Shown piece by piece: positions 23,775 to 24,000 of a stretch of 24,000 nt of DNA. The position numbers and the translations under genes were made by a program. Position 1 is the stretch's first letter, and each line of letters begins with the position of its first letter. The DNA comes from Herbiconiux sp. SYSU D00978 (GTDB lineage Bacteria > Actinomycetota > Actinomycetes > Actinomycetales > Microbacteriaceae): NCBI RefSeq assembly GCF_017355965.1, contig NZ_JAFIQW010000003.1, positions 1-24,000 on the forward strand, written 5' to 3'. Under the pieces are notes generated by a model, which worked only from the letters and a program-made list of their open reading frames with translations, was not told the DNA's origin and ran no database searches.

Positions 23775-23784
23775 ATAACGTTAT
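23775..23784. promoter_or_regulatory. Perfect 10-bp palindrome ATAACGTTAT carrying overlapping divergent -10 hexamers (TAACGT on both strands) for tilS and ppa
   Basis: On the minus strand, TAACGT (23783-23778) is followed by 6 nt (tatcgg) and then the tilS ATG, which is leaderless geometry with no Shine-Dalgarno. On the plus strand, TAACGT (23776-23781) would give ppa a leader of about 32 nt containing AAGGAG. The whole intergenic region is only 48 bp. Confidence 0.35.
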
Positions 23785-23819
23785 TGGGATTTTCCACCGG
23801 ACATAAAAGGAGCAGCCGC

Positions 23820-24000
23820 ATGGGCGCCTATGACGTCGTCGTCGAGATCCCGAAGGGGAGCCGCAACAAGTACGAGGTCGACCACGAGACCGGACGCGTC
23901 TACCTCGACCGCGTTCTGTTCACGCAGTTCGTCTACCCGACCGACTACGGCTACTTCGAGAACACCCTCGGCCTCGACGGTGACCCGGTCGACGCGCTCG
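23820..24000 (+). CDS. ppa: Inorganic pyrophosphatase, family I (5' part only; truncated by the window end)
   Basis: My own translation is [60 protein letters not shown], the canonical PPase N-terminus. An AAGGAG Shine-Dalgarno lies 7 nt before the ATG. It is absent from the ORF track because no stop is reached. Confidence 0.93.
   Translation, partial: MGAYDVVVEIPKGSRNKYEVDHETGRVYLDRVLFTQFVYPTDYGYFENTLGLDGDPVDAL

Noticed and set aside
1-24000. CRISPR arrays, transposase or integrase genes, prophage or toxin-antitoxin/defence modules, rRNA/tRNA genes.
   Set aside because: I saw no regularly spaced repeats, no terminal inverted repeats with target duplications, and no recombinase-like ORFs. 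Every ORF of appreciable size is accounted for by a housekeeping or metabolic family.

Overview
This is a very GC-rich actinobacterial chromosome segment, with third codon positions almost all G/C in the real genes. It is almost entirely coding. I call 22 CDS, 18 of them on the minus strand. The backbone is a conserved housekeeping block: clpC, then lysS-panC-(Rossmann/DUF2520)-(two PH-domain membrane proteins)-(DUF3180)-folK-folP-ftsH-hpt-tilS, with ppa diverging at the right edge. From memory, this matches the gene order of M. tuberculosis Rv3596c to Rv3628. About 9.9 kb of accessory-looking genes sit between clpC and lysS:
- a DUF2975 membrane protein with a YozG-type XRE regulator
- pirin
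- a SAM methyltransferase
- a 57-aa membrane peptide
- a CitE/HpcH-like lyase
- a 970-aa fusion of a kinase, a beta-barrel-like linker and a class-III PLP enzyme
- a secreted M14 carboxypeptidase
- a 36-aa membrane peptide

I saw no rRNA, tRNA, CRISPR array, transposase or integrase, and I do not see a clear novel defence or mobile system. The points most worth a second look are:
- the tri-domain fusion enzyme and its CitE-like neighbour, which sit behind near-identical leaderless-type promoters (CGCTAATGT, 6 nt, start codon)
- an identical 14-mer ClgR-like box (GTTCGC-N5-GCG type) placed exactly 27 nt from a TACTCT -10 hexamer upstream of both clpC and ftsH
- a lower-GC, structured, non-coding stretch of about 400 nt at the left edge that I could not assign to any RNA family
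- a folate operon with no room for folE or folB
- an exact Illumina adapter core 13-mer inside an intergenic hairpin

All motif-to-family assignments are from reading the sequence and from memory. No searches were run.
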